Shown: positions 62,712 to 64,000 of the stretch, in pieces
Layout of the letters: each line of letters starts with the position of its first letter
Position numbering within the stretch: the stretch's first letter is position 1
Origin: Ignavibacteriota bacterium
GTDB taxonomy: Bacteria > Bacteroidota > Ignavibacteria > UBA10030 > UBA6906
DNA: 64,000 nucleotides
Direction: 5' to 3'
NCBI GenBank assembly: GCA_963801355.1
Contig: CAWDEM010000004.1
Location: 512,001-576,000, forward strand
Program-made: the position numbers and the translations under genes
The notes under the pieces: generated by a model
Database searches by the model: none
The model's input: the letters and a program-made list of their open reading frames with translations, nothing else
What the model was told of the DNA's origin: nothing

Positions 62712-63968
62712 ATGGAACTCGAGAAATATTCGATAGGTATCGGCGACAGGTTCGGCCGTGAAGGCGCAGCGCAGCTGCGGGCATTGCAGCAGGCGCAGGG
62801 TGCAGGCGTTTCCGTGGTGCCGGTCTGGAACAAATCCAACCGCGAGCATACGATCATCGGCACAGTTCCCGAAGACACGCGCCGCGAAGCGGACGAGGCC
62901 GTCCGGTCATGCTCATGGAAGTCATCCTATTACGTCGATGCCGACCACATCGGACTTGGTACGGTCGATCGATTCATAACTGCCAGCGATTTCTTCACCA
63001 TCGACGTCGCCGACGCCATCGGCAGATCCGCTCCATCGGACGCCCTCGAATCGTTCGTAGCGGCGATGGGGCAATTTCGAGGAAAGCTGCAGATACCGTC
63101 GCTGCCAGCACCGTTTGTCGTCACCAGGGAGATGATCGAAGCTATTGCACGGAAGTATCTCCACGCGGTGAAAGAGGCGGGGGCAGTCTACCGGCATGTC
63201 GCAGGGCGGAAGGGGGCCGGACAATTTGTTCCGGAGGTGTCGTTCGACGAAGCCGGTGAACCGCAAACACCGGTCGAACTGTTCTTCATACTTGCCGCCA
63301 TTGCACGCGAAGGTATTCCCATTCAGACGATTGCGCCGAAATTCACGGGCGCTTTCCTCAAGGGAATCGACTATGTCGGCGAGGTGAGTCACTTTGAACG
63401 GGAGTTTAATGATGATCTTGCGGTCATTGCGCACGCCATTGCGACATTCCGGCTCCCCGGAAATCTAAAGCTCAGCGTGCACTCGGGGAGCGACAAGTTT
63501 GCCCTCTATCCGGTGATTCATCGCGCGCTGCAGAAAACACATGCGGGTCTCCACCTCAAAACCGCAGGGACGACATGGCTCGAAGAAGTGATCGGTCTCG
63601 CGGCTGCAGGGGGTGAAGGCCTGAAGGCTGCACAAGAGATTTACGCGGCTTCCTTTGCACGATATGATGAGTTGTGCGGACCGTACCTTTCGGTGATTGC
63701 CATTGACCGCGCGAAGCTTCCATCGCCCGCGGCGGTGCAGAGCTGGAGCAGCACGGACTATGTGCAAGCGCTGCAACATGATCAGACGTGCAAGGAGTTC
63801 AATATCCATTTCCGGCAGCTGGTGCACGTCGGGTACAAGGTCGCGGCGGAAATGGGAGAGAGGTTCCAGAAATTGTTGGGCGAATGCCGCGCGAGCATAG
63901 AAACTAATGTGACCAAAAACATTTTCGAACGGCATCTCCGTCCGTTATTCCTCGGATTGTCTGCATAG
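62712..63968 (+). CDS. uxaE: Tagaturonate/fructuronate epimerase
   Basis: SIGIGDRFG, DADHI, KLSVHSGSDKF, HLKTAGTTWLEE; located in the pectin locus. Confidence 0.88.
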   Translation: MELEKYSIGIGDRFGREGAAQLRALQQAQGAGVSVVPVWNKSNREHTIIGTVPEDTRREADEAVRSCSWKSSYYVDADHIGLGTVDRFITASDFFTIDVADAIGRSAPSDALESFVAAMGQFRGKLQIPSLPAPFVVTREMIEAIARKYLHAVKEAGAVYRHVAGRKGAGQFVPEVSFDEAGEPQTPVELFFILAAIAREGIPIQTIAPKFTGAFLKGIDYVGEVSHFEREFNDDLAVIAHAIATFRLPGNLKLSVHSGSDKFALYPVIHRALQKTHAGLHLKTAGTTWLEEVIGLAAAGGEGLKAAQEIYAASFARYDELCGPYLSVIAIDRAKLPSPAAVQSWSSTDYVQALQHDQTCKEFNIHFRQLVHVGYKVAAEMGERFQKLLGECRASIETNVTKNIFERHLRPLFLGLSA

Positions 63969-64000
63969 CGAGCGGTGTCGTCGGCATAGCAAAGGAGAAG

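Overview
Window from a moderately GC-rich bacterium, probably an Ignavibacteria-like or deep-branching Bacteroidota/FCB lineage. This is inferred from Por/FlgD-type C-terminal sorting domains, a hybrid two-component system and a TonB receptor, combined with canonical TTGACA-17-TAnnnT promoters and AAGGAG ribosome-binding sites. (1) 1-17.4 kb is a defence/conflict island. It holds a tightly coupled operon (RyR-repeat protein, SLOG protein, 2TM channel-2xRCK-2xRyR protein, DUF4062-NACHT-WD40 STAND protein), a TPR membrane protein, a TOTE-type primase-helicase, an AbiE-like HTH/nucleotidyltransferase pair and a Fic protein. Two homologous ~450-530 bp non-coding blocks divide the island. Each has an identical tRNA-Pro(TGG) 3' half flanked on both sides by TGTGAC repeats, an attP-like layout, but no integrase is visible. 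(2) 17.4-29.2 kb holds a GH3 gene and a divergent sugar-catabolism/ABC operon. (3) tRNA-Arg, tRNA-Glu and a second Fic gene follow. (4) 31.7-49.9 kb holds secreted proteins and a hybrid two-component system; two sorting domains share a 45-bp in-frame palindromic insertion. (5) 50-64 kb is a pectin utilisation locus (CE8, GH105-CE12 fusion, GH28, TonB receptor without SusD, uxaE). Family assignments come from motif recognition by eye; no database searches were run.
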